64,000 nt of DNA, from NCBI GenBank assembly GCA_023205875.1, contig CP060754.1, positions 930,001 through 994,000 of the forward strand, given 5' to 3'. The stretch comes from Chloropicon primus. Taxonomy: Eukaryota. Shown piece by piece: positions 52,794-62,262 of the stretch. The notes beneath the pieces were generated by a model. It made no database searches, had not been told where the DNA came from, and saw only the letters and a program-made list of their open reading frames with translations. Each line of letters starts with the position of its first letter. The first letter of the stretch is position 1. A program made the position numbers and the translations under genes.

Positions 52794-53894
52794 ATGGTGA
52801 CGGCGGAAGACGAAGGCACACCGCCCTTGGAAGGGGACACTCCTCTGCCGTGGGACAACGAAGGCTTCCTGGCCTACGCTACCTGGGTTACCTTTGCTCC
52901 GCTACTGGATGTTTTGAGCTGTCCAGAAGCGTACGGAGACGCTATCTTTTTTAATGACTCTCTCTTTCAGGGGAAAGTGGTCTTGGACGTCGGTTGTGGA
53001 GTGCTCGGTTTCTTCGCCGCCTTAGCGGGGGCAAGGAAGGTGTACATCCTGCCAGATACGAAAGAAGAATTCTTTGCCAGGCAGCTCATGCAGTTCGTGC
53101 ATGATACCAAATTAGGTGGTGATACCGTCACTGTGTACGACGAGAACATAGCCAAGAAGCAGGACATTCAAGGGAAGGTGGACATCATCTTGTCCGACTT
53201 GGCGGGTGATGTCTGGCTGCAACACTCCAAGATCTACAGGCTTCTGAACGCCAGAGACAGGTACCTCAAACCCAACGGAGCCATGTACCCTTCTCACTGC
53301 AAGGTGTTCCTCGCTCCAGCTGCTTCGGCCTCGACGGAGTTTGAGTCAGAGGAACCAATGGTGGAGGTCTGCGACGAAGAAGAGTCGCACGGGCAGAGGA
53401 CGAAACGCAGGAGAGGCATGGGCAAGCGGGGGCGTGCGAGCGACGGCCTTGCAGACCAGCAGAGGTACGACGTTCGTATAGAGTCTCCCGAGCTGGTCGC
53501 GCCTTTCGAGTTGGTCAAGACGATGGACTTGCTCACTGCGACCTCGGAGGATGTGCGCAGTATGAGACTCAACTTCCGTTTCAACGCGGAGCAAAGTGGC
53601 GAGATCAACTTGCTCGCGGGATGGCTTTCGGTGCAGTTCCACGGCTCGCCGGCCAGCCCGGCCTTGGTGGAGGTGGACTGCGACCCATGTACCTGTACTT
53701 GCGCTCGCTCGTGCGACGATTGGACTCGCTGCCGTCACGCACGTTTCGCGTTTCACCCTCGCGTCCGTGTGAACGAAGGCGACGTGGTCCTGTGCCACCT
53801 GGAAATCGCGAAAAAGCCCCATGAAAGCAACTCGAGCGGTGCAAAACTAGAGGTGGCAAAGCCGAGCAATCACTTTCTCAGACGCTGGTTTTGA
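52794..53894 (+). CDS. Protein arginine methyltransferase-like protein (PRMT1/PRMT10-like fold), degenerate active site
   Basis: FQGKVVLDVGCG, AGARKVY, KVDIILS, ARDRYLKPNGAMYPSH, LAGW..V.F.GS motifs. Confidence 0.8.
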   Translation: MVTAEDEGTPPLEGDTPLPWDNEGFLAYATWVTFAPLLDVLSCPEAYGDAIFFNDSLFQGKVVLDVGCGVLGFFAALAGARKVYILPDTKEEFFARQLMQFVHDTKLGGDTVTVYDENIAKKQDIQGKVDIILSDLAGDVWLQHSKIYRLLNARDRYLKPNGAMYPSHCKVFLAPAASASTEFESEEPMVEVCDEEESHGQRTKRRRGMGKRGRASDGLADQQRYDVRIESPELVAPFELVKTMDLLTATSEDVRSMRLNFRFNAEQSGEINLLAGWLSVQFHGSPASPALVEVDCDPCTCTCARSCDDWTRCRHARFAFHPRVRVNEGDVVLCHLEIAKKPHESNSSGAKLEVAKPSNHFLRRWF

Positions 53895-54200
53895 GTGCCA
53901 TGGACGCTCCACAAACGTCAACATGGTGACGAGTCTGTACATTGTAGTCTGGTACGGCAGAAGGTTTCCCTTAAAATACAATATATGTATTCCGCCCCAT
54001 AAGCTTTGGGTCGAAAGAGCTCCGCCACCATTATCGACTTCCTCGCAAGTAGTCCTCGTCCTCCTTGCGTTGGCGCTGCTCGCACACGTACGGCATCATC
54101 TTTGAACCGTGGCCGCATCATCCAAAGACCGTGCAACTTGTACTACTTCCACAACATCAACTGTATTACTCACGATATCCATCCCAACTTGTGTCATGGG

Positions 54201-54644
54201 TACCAAGGCAATGGGGGTAAAAAGCCTTTTGATTTGATTTTGGTGCATACCAAGGCAATGGGGGTGAAAAGCCTTTTGATTTGATTTTGGTGCATACCAA
54301 GGCAATGGGGGTAAAAAGCCTTTTGATTTGATTTTGGTGCATACCAAGGCAATGGGGGTAAAAAGCCTTTTGATTTGATTTTGGTGCATACCAAGGCAAT
54401 GGGGGTAAAAAGCCTTTTGATTTGATTTTGGTGCATACCAAGGCAATGGGGGTGAAAAGCCTTTTGATTTGATTTTGGTGCATACCAAGGCAATGGGGGT
54501 AAAAAGCCTTTTGATTTGATTTTGGTGCATACCAAGGCAATGGGGGTAAAAAGCCTTTTGATTTGATTTTGGTGCATACCAAGGCAATGGGGGTGAAAAG
54601 CCTTTTGATTTGATTTTGGTGCATACCAAAGGCAATGGGGGTAA
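54201..54644. repeat. 47-bp tandem minisatellite, ~9.5 copies (TACCAAGGCAATGGGGGTRAAAAGCCTTTTGATTTGATTTTGGTGCA)
   Basis: Period of 47 measured directly (e.g. 54242 to 54289); a single A/G variable position; no spacers. Confidence 0.97.
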
Positions 54645-54735
54645 AGATCATCCTGGAGCGTGAAGGGAGCGTGAAGGGAGGGGAGGCCTTGCAGGGACAA
54701 AGGGAAACAAGTTTGAGACGAAAAGAAATATAACG

Positions 54736-56640
54736 ATGGGGGAGGTGTCAGAGGAGAGCGAGGGAGAGGAAGGTGTCCGTGTTGTCGCCGAGGGGGTTGA
54801 GAATGGCGAAGGGCTGGGAGAGGAAGGATTGGACAGACCTGTCGAGTTGGAGGCCTCCGAGACAGACGAGAGCGGTCGAGAAGAGGAAGGGCAGGAGGAG
54901 GAGGGAGAGGGAAGTGCTGACGAGAGCCAAGAAAAGATATTTCTCTTCCAGTGGCCAGACGCCACCATCACTATAGCAAGATCAAAGGATGAGGAGACCT
55001 TGAAGGCTGAGATGAGCTTCCTAGGGAGTATTGAAAACTGTCGGATTGCTGAATACACGGGGCCACTTCAGATAAACTTGAAGTTGACTCCCATTCCAGG
55101 TGAGTTCGCGTATGATTCGCCCCTTCGCATTTGACGAGCGCGCCTGGGACTAACGCCAATTTGCTCAGGGGTCTGGAAGGATGACCCGCAGTATCTTGAG
55201 TTTGTGCAGAAGATCGATCACAAGGAGAAGCTCAAAGACGATTTTACTGCTTTGTTTGAGAGTGACAGGAGCGCCAACTTCGCTGACGTGAAGTTTATCG
55301 TCGAGGGAAAAGACGTTTTTGCTCACAAGGCAATTCTAGCGGCGCGAGCGGAATCTTTCAAGAAAGGTTTCGTGAGTGAGTGGAAGAGCGAGTCGAGGGA
55401 GGGGGAGATGTCTTGCTACAAAGTTTTCAAAGGTATCCGGTGCGAAGTTTTCGTGGCTCTGATTCGGTACCTTTACACTTCCCAAGCAGACTTCTCCCTC
55501 CCTCAAAGGTACATCGAGGACGACGTGCCAATCTCAAAACGAGGGGACGAGAGCGAGATCCTCGACTGCGCTCTGCAGTTTGGCATTGACATTCTTCAGG
55601 CCGCCGAATCGTACAGCGTGGGTGGACTGCGCTATCAGGCCGTGCAATTCCTTGCAGGGTTCACCCTCTACCCAAGCAAGATCTTCATGATCCTCGTTGT
55701 TGCACACCGGCATGGACTAAAAACGTTGAAGACGTATTGCTTGCAGATGTTGGCAAAGCATGATGCGATTTCCATTTTAGAGCTCCTCTCTCGAGTTGAC
55801 ATGCCCTTCAACGTGCTCTCTGAGGTCAACAAGATCAGGAGCTCTTACGGGCTTCTTTCCGCGGAGTCTGTGAAATGCCAGAAGCTTATGGAAGAGAACA
55901 AGCAAGAGGAACTCCTCTCTTTCATTGATAGGCAAAAGATAGATCTCGACAAGTCCATTATCCTTCATCTGATGAGCGGGTTTGGGACTCCAAGCGGCAT
56001 CAAGGATATCCTTGAGAGGGGTGCGAACATAAACCACTATGACGACGATGGAAACACCCCCCTGCATTATGCCACGATTAGTGCGAACCCCGACAACGTG
56101 TCTCAGTTGCTCAAGTCTGGGGCAAATCCCTTCCTGAAGAATTGCAGACAGAGGATGCCCCTTGATGAACTTGAGTACGTCAGAACTCTTGGATCTGAGA
56201 CGAGCAACACGGAAGAGAATTTGCAAGACAGACAAGCTGCTTGCGAGCAACTCATCAGCTCACACGCCTCGCAGGTCCTGAAACCCGTGAACACGGAGGA
56301 ATTCAAACCTAGGGACACCGCAAGCCGGGCGTCGGAAATAGTTCTGAATCCTGATTTTGTACATGCGATCAACCCCGATCGTAAGGAAGCGATAACCTTT
56401 GCCCCAGCTGTAAGCCACGGGGGATTTTTCCCTTACAGGGATGGCGTCTCCATGGAGCAAGAACTGATGCAGTTCATGCTTCCAAATACTTGCATGACGC
56501 TGCTGCGGGTGGATGAGGCTCAAAACAACGACAACTCCAAGGGAAAGGATGGAAAAAGCAGAAAGACGTTTCCACAGTACCTGGAAGAGCACAACATAAC
56601 TGATAACTTGCTCTCTGACCTTCTGCAGTCGGGTTCTTGA
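54736..56640 (+). CDS. BTB/POZ + ankyrin repeat protein; exons 54736-55099 and 55169-56640
   Basis: ADVKFIVEGKDVFAHKAILAAR (BTB); GANIN...GNTPLHYA...GANP (ANK); GTGAGT...GACTAAC...CAG intron keeps frame. Confidence 0.85.
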
Positions 56641-56688
56641 TTTCGCACCCCATACTCAACGCACAATGTATTACAAGTCGGATTGCTT

Positions 56689-57918
56689 TTACAGAACACC
56701 CTTGAGCTGGGAATTGATCGACCCGCCCTGAACCCCGTAACTCGCTGTGAGGATTCTTTTCATATCTTCGACAGAGGCCTTTGCCTCCTCAACCTTCTCC
56801 TTGGTATTCTTTTCTTGGCTAAGCATGATCTCAGGCCAAGCCACAATCAAGGCTTTGGAGACGTCCCGCACCGCTCGGTCTGGAATCTTCCCGCTGGAAC
56901 ACACGGCCGTTTGCATCATGGAGGGCTTTTCTCCAAGAAACTGGAAGTGGCCAGCATCCTCGATGGTAAGCTCAAGCGTCAGTGGGGACTGGGATCCCTC
57001 GAAGAACCGGTCGTAGTTCGATTGAGTCGGGATACAGTCGCCATTGCGGCCTCCGCCAATGATTGCGATAGGCAGATTCGCGACCTCTGGCTTCCTCAAC
57101 TGCTTTATCGCGGAGGGATAACCGGGTCCTTCTGGCGCGTATCCATTCGAGTCCACAGGGTCGATCAGAGTCACGCACTTAATCCTCGAGTCGTTCTCGG
57201 CGGCCAGAAGGCTTATTTTGCCGCCCCTACTGTGTCCCACCAGGTACACGGACTCTGTGCTGATATCGTTAGCGAAACTCGCCGTCTCGCACCAGTTTAT
57301 GATCTCCGAGATGAACACCGTAGACGTATCGTCATCTATGGTTGAGTTGATGTTCTCGACCTTGTCATACAGGACAGCAACGTAGCCGTAACTCGCCAGC
57401 TGCTCGGCGTAGCTCCTGTACTGGTCCGAGTTCACTAAAAACCCACTTGAGATGATGGCCAGCGGCCACGGCCTCCTCTTTCTCGGATCAGTGGGAAGGC
57501 AAGAAGAGTCAGCGTGCTCCGAGGGATAGTAGATGTGCGTCCTGATGATGCATTGATCGCCCACAACTTTGGGGAAGCATATCGAGCACGTGTGTTCCAG
57601 CTTCACGTTTCCCACCCTGTAAGGCCCCGCGTCCCAGTAGCTGGTCCTTGCCGCGTTGCCGCTTTCACACCGACTGGCCTCCCCCAAAGACGTTGCCTGC
57701 TCTGATCCCCGTGCACGGGGCTCCGCTCTCAACGAGATGCCGCCTGGCCCAAGACCAAGGCAAGCTCCGCCCGTGATCCCGTAAAGCGCCAAGCGACGGG
57801 GCAGCCCGGTGCATGCCAGCCCCGGACCCCGCCATTCACGCCCACTCCTCCGACTCACGCCGCCGCACGGAGGCACAACTCGCCTCGTTGTCGTTGTCCC
57901 CAACTTGGTGGTCGCCAT
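56689..57918 (-). CDS. Chlorophyllase-like alpha/beta hydrolase
   Basis: YAEQLASYGY, GHSRGGK nucleophile elbow, LIDPVD, AGHFQFL; transit-peptide-like N-terminus. Confidence 0.75.
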   Translation of the reverse strand: MATTKLGTTTTRRVVPPCGGVSRRSGREWRGPGLACTGLPRRLALYGITGGACLGLGPGGISLRAEPRARGSEQATSLGEASRCESGNAARTSYWDAGPYRVGNVKLEHTCSICFPKVVGDQCIIRTHIYYPSEHADSSCLPTDPRKRRPWPLAIISSGFLVNSDQYRSYAEQLASYGYVAVLYDKVENINSTIDDDTSTVFISEIINWCETASFANDISTESVYLVGHSRGGKISLLAAENDSRIKCVTLIDPVDSNGYAPEGPGYPSAIKQLRKPEVANLPIAIIGGGRNGDCIPTQSNYDRFFEGSQSPLTLELTIEDAGHFQFLGEKPSMMQTAVCSSGKIPDRAVRDVSKALIVAWPEIMLSQEKNTKEKVEEAKASVEDMKRILTASYGVQGGSINSQLKGVL

Positions 57919-58068
57919 TCTCGCTCCTCCTTTTCAGCAAAACAGAGAGATCTCCCTTAGCTAGGGGAAGGGCAGGGAATAACGTTTGATTTGATGATCG
58001 ATTCCAAGAATTTAAGGGAAAAGCTTGGTGGTCACTACGACTTGTTGCTGCTGCTCTCGGCCTTCGTT

Positions 58069-58698
58069 CTACTTTCTCGTCTTAAGCGCGCTTCGCAAGA
58101 CCGTTCCTTCCTCTGCTTCCGTCGCCGAAGCGATGGCGGGTCCCGTGAAAATGAGCAGGGGGATCACTTGCACGAGCCAAGTGAACCACATGAACACGTT
58201 CGATGCGAGGAGCTTGTCGCACTCCGCGTTCGCAATCTTCGTGAAAAAGGAGTTTGTGCACGTGGTCGAGGTCAAACCAGCAACCGAGCAGGCCGCGCCG
58301 AAAGCCAAGAAAGCTACGGCGCAATCCGAGTAGATCTCAATCCTGTTCAAGACCTTGGAGCCCGTCGGGAAGATGAGGGACTTGTCCATAATAAGGGAGA
58401 CCTCCACGACGAGCCAGAAAATGGAAAAGAGCCACACGATGAGCCCCGAGGCGAGCTGGAAGTTCACGGGATCGACTTCCCCGACGCTGACCGTGCTCGC
58501 CGTGATGGTCCAACTGAGGAGGGAGAAGAGGAATATCCACCCGCGGAAGACCACGGGAAGGTACGGGTGCGTGAACGCCCCTTGTACCTGCGTGGTGACT
58601 TGGGTCCCTATGTTCTGCATCTGCTCCTTGGCCCTGTCCGTCACAGACGGACCCGCGCTGGGGGGCAAAGGATCCGCTCCCGTTTCCCCTTGCATCAT
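58069..58698 (-). CDS. Four-TM CASP/MARVEL-like membrane protein
   Basis: Four hydrophobic segments, R in TM1, D in TM3 (DCAVAFLAFGAACSVAG), Cys-containing loop before TM4. Confidence 0.6.
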   Translation of the reverse strand: MMQGETGADPLPPSAGPSVTDRAKEQMQNIGTQVTTQVQGAFTHPYLPVVFRGWIFLFSLLSWTITASTVSVGEVDPVNFQLASGLIVWLFSIFWLVVEVSLIMDKSLIFPTGSKVLNRIEIYSDCAVAFLAFGAACSVAGLTSTTCTNSFFTKIANAECDKLLASNVFMWFTWLVQVIPLLIFTGPAIASATEAEEGTVLRSALKTRK

Positions 58699-59046
58699 CT
58701 TGCCTCCTTTCTCCTTTCTTCGGGCTTGCGCGAAAACCTCTCTTCGCACTTCAAGGACAACAACCTCGCGACACGTCCCCCGTCTCGACCCAACCTCACC
58801 ACAGCCACAACCTCACGACAACAACAACACGAGGAACCGAGCGAGCACCACCTGGGGCGGACGCAAAAAAACAAAACTCAACTAAACCCTTTCCTCACCC
58901 TCAAACGGAGCGAGCGTTACACGTTCACCCTACGACGTTACTGTTCAAACTTCCCGCCACGACAGCTGAGGCGCGAGAACGAGAGAGAGAGAGAGAGAGG
59001 AGTGAGGAGTGGAGCCTGTCGACCGTAGGTGTGCAGGGTTTGTGAG

Positions 59047-60936
59047 ATGGAGGGAAACGGGATGAGTGTGACGGAGATGGACGTGGAGGCGGAGCTCCTT
59101 GCGCTGTCGCCCGCGGGAGGGGCGGAGGAGGACCCCCTCCTCGAGGTCCTGGGTGGGGGGTTCGTCGTACCGCACCAGCGGGAGCAGAAGATATCGCACA
59201 GGGAGTGGAACTCCAAGGGGGTGAGCGGGACGCTGGCCGAGGGGAGCCTCGTGTGCTTCTCGAACGAGGAGGGCCTGCCGCTCAAGGTTGTGAAGCACCC
59301 GGAGGGAAGGTACTGGGAGCTCGTGCCGACGCACGTGAACCTGATGAGCGAGAGCGAGGAGGACCCCCAGCACTACTTGGCCCCGGAGTGCGTCTTCACC
59401 GTTCTGAGGAAGGGGGAGAGGGATTACGGGTTCCGCAGCTGGGCGGCCGAGGGCCGCCTCCTCCAGGCGACGAGGAACAGGAGGGAGAAGCCCCGCGTCA
59501 CGAACTACAACTTCCACGGCTGGGAGACCTGGAGGCTTGTCGGGAACACGCTCCAGAACTTGGCCTGGAAGACCGACCTCTCCGCGTGGAACATCTCCGA
59601 GGTGAGGGTCCAGGTGCTCTCCATGGCGATCGAGCGCGAGATGAAGCTGAAGAGCGAACACAGGGAGGTGAGGAAGGCCCTGCTCCTGACGGAGGAGAAG
59701 CGGGAGGAGGCCGAGGGCCAGTACAAGCACGCCATCCAGACCTGCCAGAAACAGATGGAGCTGGCAGCCCAGCAGACGGACGAGCTCCAGGCCAGGCTCG
59801 CCGAGAACTTGGCGACCAACGAGTGCCTCTCCACGGAGGTATTGGAGTACCAGGAGATCAACAAGAGGTCCCACGCCGCCGTGGCTCGCCTCGAGAGGGA
59901 CGTCAGCACGCTGGAGACCAAGGAGAGGGACGGCCGACGCAAGTGCGAGGCCTTGGAAGACACCCTCGCCGAGGAGCGCGCCAAGGCCAAGGAGAGGCTG
60001 AGGAAGCAAAAGGAAAAGTCCGCTTCCGAGAACAGGAAGCTCAAGAGGCAGATGGAGGCGAGGCTGAGGGAGCTCGAGGAGGAGAACGAGGGCCTCCGCA
60101 AGGCGTTGGACTCCATCGCATCCAAAATTTCCCAATTCTCGGCGAGGAACACCCCCGTCGCTGCCGCGAGACCCCGCGCTGGCAGCGCATCCGCTGGCAG
60201 CGGGGAGGGAGGATTCGACTCCCTGTCGGAAGGAACAAACACCCCGACCCTCAGCGCGGAAGAGGACGGCCTGGAGCTCAACAGGGAGTACCCCCTCGAG
60301 GATGACTATCCCGTGGACGCGACGCTCTTGACTGACGGGGAAGATTGTCCCGACAGCAAGATCGCCCTGATCGAACTCGACGCCGAGCCCACCGAACTCA
60401 CCGCAAGGGAGGACCCGTCCGATCTCAAGCCAGAGGAATCTGCTGCCGAGGAAGAGCGCGTCGTGGCCCAGGCCATCGAAGGTGAGGGGGGCAAGGGAGA
60501 GGTTGGTGACACAGCCCGGGAGAGCCCTTCGGTGCAGCCCTCGTCCACTCTCGAGAGCTTGGGGATCGAAAATTCCGAGTCGTCGGACCTGTTCGAGACG
60601 AGCTTCGAGGACGAGGTTCAGACCACGGAGGTCGCCAAGCAAGCCAAGACGGAGGTCGAGATGTTCAAGCAGCAAGAGCCCAAGCCTTATCACCAGGAGA
60701 GTCTGTATCCAGTCCAGTTCGACGCCAAGAAAGTCAAGGGCGGAAGCGGGCTCCAGGAGGCCCGGGCGTCAGCCGAAATGCCCTTCCACAAGAAGACGCT
60801 GGGGGGCGGGAAACGCATTTCGGCCCTGCCTCCTGCCGCCGCGATGATGGGTGGCGACGATGGTGCAGAGTACGAAAACAAGTTTGAGTCCGAGGACTGG
60901 TGGAACTCGTTCACCATGCAGAGCTCTCTTCATTGA
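59047..60936 (+). CDS. Hypothetical protein with central coiled coil and acidic low-complexity tail
   Basis: Long ORF with strong GC3 bias and E/K/R-rich heptads. Confidence 0.7.
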   Translation: MEGNGMSVTEMDVEAELLALSPAGGAEEDPLLEVLGGGFVVPHQREQKISHREWNSKGVSGTLAEGSLVCFSNEEGLPLKVVKHPEGRYWELVPTHVNLMSESEEDPQHYLAPECVFTVLRKGERDYGFRSWAAEGRLLQATRNRREKPRVTNYNFHGWETWRLVGNTLQNLAWKTDLSAWNISEVRVQVLSMAIEREMKLKSEHREVRKALLLTEEKREEAEGQYKHAIQTCQKQMELAAQQTDELQARLAENLATNECLSTEVLEYQEINKRSHAAVARLERDVSTLETKERDGRRKCEALEDTLAEERAKAKERLRKQKEKSASENRKLKRQMEARLRELEEENEGLRKALDSIASKISQFSARNTPVAAARPRAGSASAGSGEGGFDSLSEGTNTPTLSAEEDGLELNREYPLEDDYPVDATLLTDGEDCPDSKIALIELDAEPTELTAREDPSDLKPEESAAEEERVVAQAIEGEGGKGEVGDTARESPSVQPSSTLESLGIENSESSDLFETSFEDEVQTTEVAKQAKTEVEMFKQQEPKPYHQESLYPVQFDAKKVKGGSGLQEARASAEMPFHKKTLGGGKRISALPPAAAMMGGDDGAEYENKFESEDWWNSFTMQSSLH

Positions 60937-61041
60937 GTTGAACTCTGAAAAAGAAAATTCGCAAGCCAACGTAAAACCAAGAGCTCTTTCATTCAAGAAT
61001 TGCATGTCAAGTTTACGCGCGTGCCTCTCAACCGCCCCTTC

Positions 61042-62055
61042 CTACTTTGATACGAAGCTCTGAATGTCCTTGAGCCAGTTCATGTACTCCCTTTGTTCCT
61101 TGTCGATCGCTACGGTGAAGAGGTACCGGGCAAACTCGTAATCGATGCCCCTCTCGTGAAGGTACTCGAAGAATCCTTCCTGCAGGTTCTCCTCCAAGTC
61201 CTCAAAGTTGGGGCCCTCGTACTCCAACCTCTCCATCGGGGAGTCCTCGTTAGAAATGTTCACGGTGTTGATCGTGTAGATGCTTCCATCGGTTGTGCAC
61301 TCAAAGGTAAGCGTCTCCTTGCCCTTGCCTATGTGAACGTTGAAGTCTATCGAGGGTTCCGGCTCCTCCTCGTAGTTGTCGTCGTCGTCGTCCTCAAAGT
61401 CGTCCTCCCCCGGTGCGACGGCGCCGGCACCCTCCGCTGGCTCGTCCTCGTCGTCCTCGTAGTCGTCCAAGTTGTCGAAGTCGCCCTCGTCGCTCCTGAA
61501 TTCGGTGATGCTGAATACAACAGCAACGGTCTCGCCCTTGTACTCGGTCGAGAGCTCCATGCTGCTGTCTCCGTCCGTCTGGGTGAGCTCAAATCCTGCA
61601 GGGACGCTTCAGGAGCGAAAGCAACAAAATTGGGTCGGAACGGATCCGGTTGTCAGCGGGAGTGGCGGCGCGAACGGGTCCCTGGCGGTCAGCGAGAGAG
61701 AAGAAGCCTACCTATCAATGAGCTCGTCCTTGTAGTACAGACTTTCCTCCGTCTTGAGCTCTTCGCTCAATATCTCCCCCAAGGTCGTCGGCGTCTTCTT
61801 CGACACGGACGTGCAGAGGCCAGCGACCCTTCCCTGACTACCTGCAAGGCCTCCCACCGGCTTGGGGAGGACCGAAGACTGGGCCCATCCCGTCAGCGGG
61901 ACAGGACGCAGTCTGCAGGAAGCAGCAGATCCACCCAGCGAGGCTGGAGCGGGTCTGCTCATGGAGATGGAGTTTCCACCGCTCCTCGTCGTGAAGGCTC
62001 TGGCAGTGGACAGCAAGCTCTTCACAAGTTGCTTGACGTTCGTCTGGCCGGACAT
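61042..62055 (-). CDS. Mitochondrial acidic glycoprotein (MAM33/C1QBP family); exons 62055-61712 and ~61606-61042
   Basis: YEGPNFEDLEENLQEGFFEYLHERGID...KEQREYMNWL; mitochondrial presequence. The frame-preserving acceptor is AAG at 61607 (less certain). Confidence 0.85.
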
Positions 62056-62262
62056 GCTATGTTGTCTATTTGATTACTGGTGCGGCGGAGGAAAAGCGCC
62101 TAAAAACCTAAACAAGTGGTTCTCCAGAATTTCTTTTAAGCCAGCAGAAGAGAAGAGGGGAGGGAGGGGGAGAAATAGAAATAGCTGGATTAGGCTTTGG
62201 GAGGCCAGCAGAAGGAACATCCCCAAGTGCCTTCAATTTTATGTTTTTTTAAGCTTTGACTT

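Noticed and set aside
54201..54644. CRISPR array
   Set aside because: Units are contiguous with no unique spacers, there are no cas genes, and the context is eukaryotic; it is a minisatellite.
54096..54700. Three overlapping minus-strand ORFs with repeated peptides
   Set aside because: Artefact of a 47-bp unit lacking stops on that strand; no coding signal.
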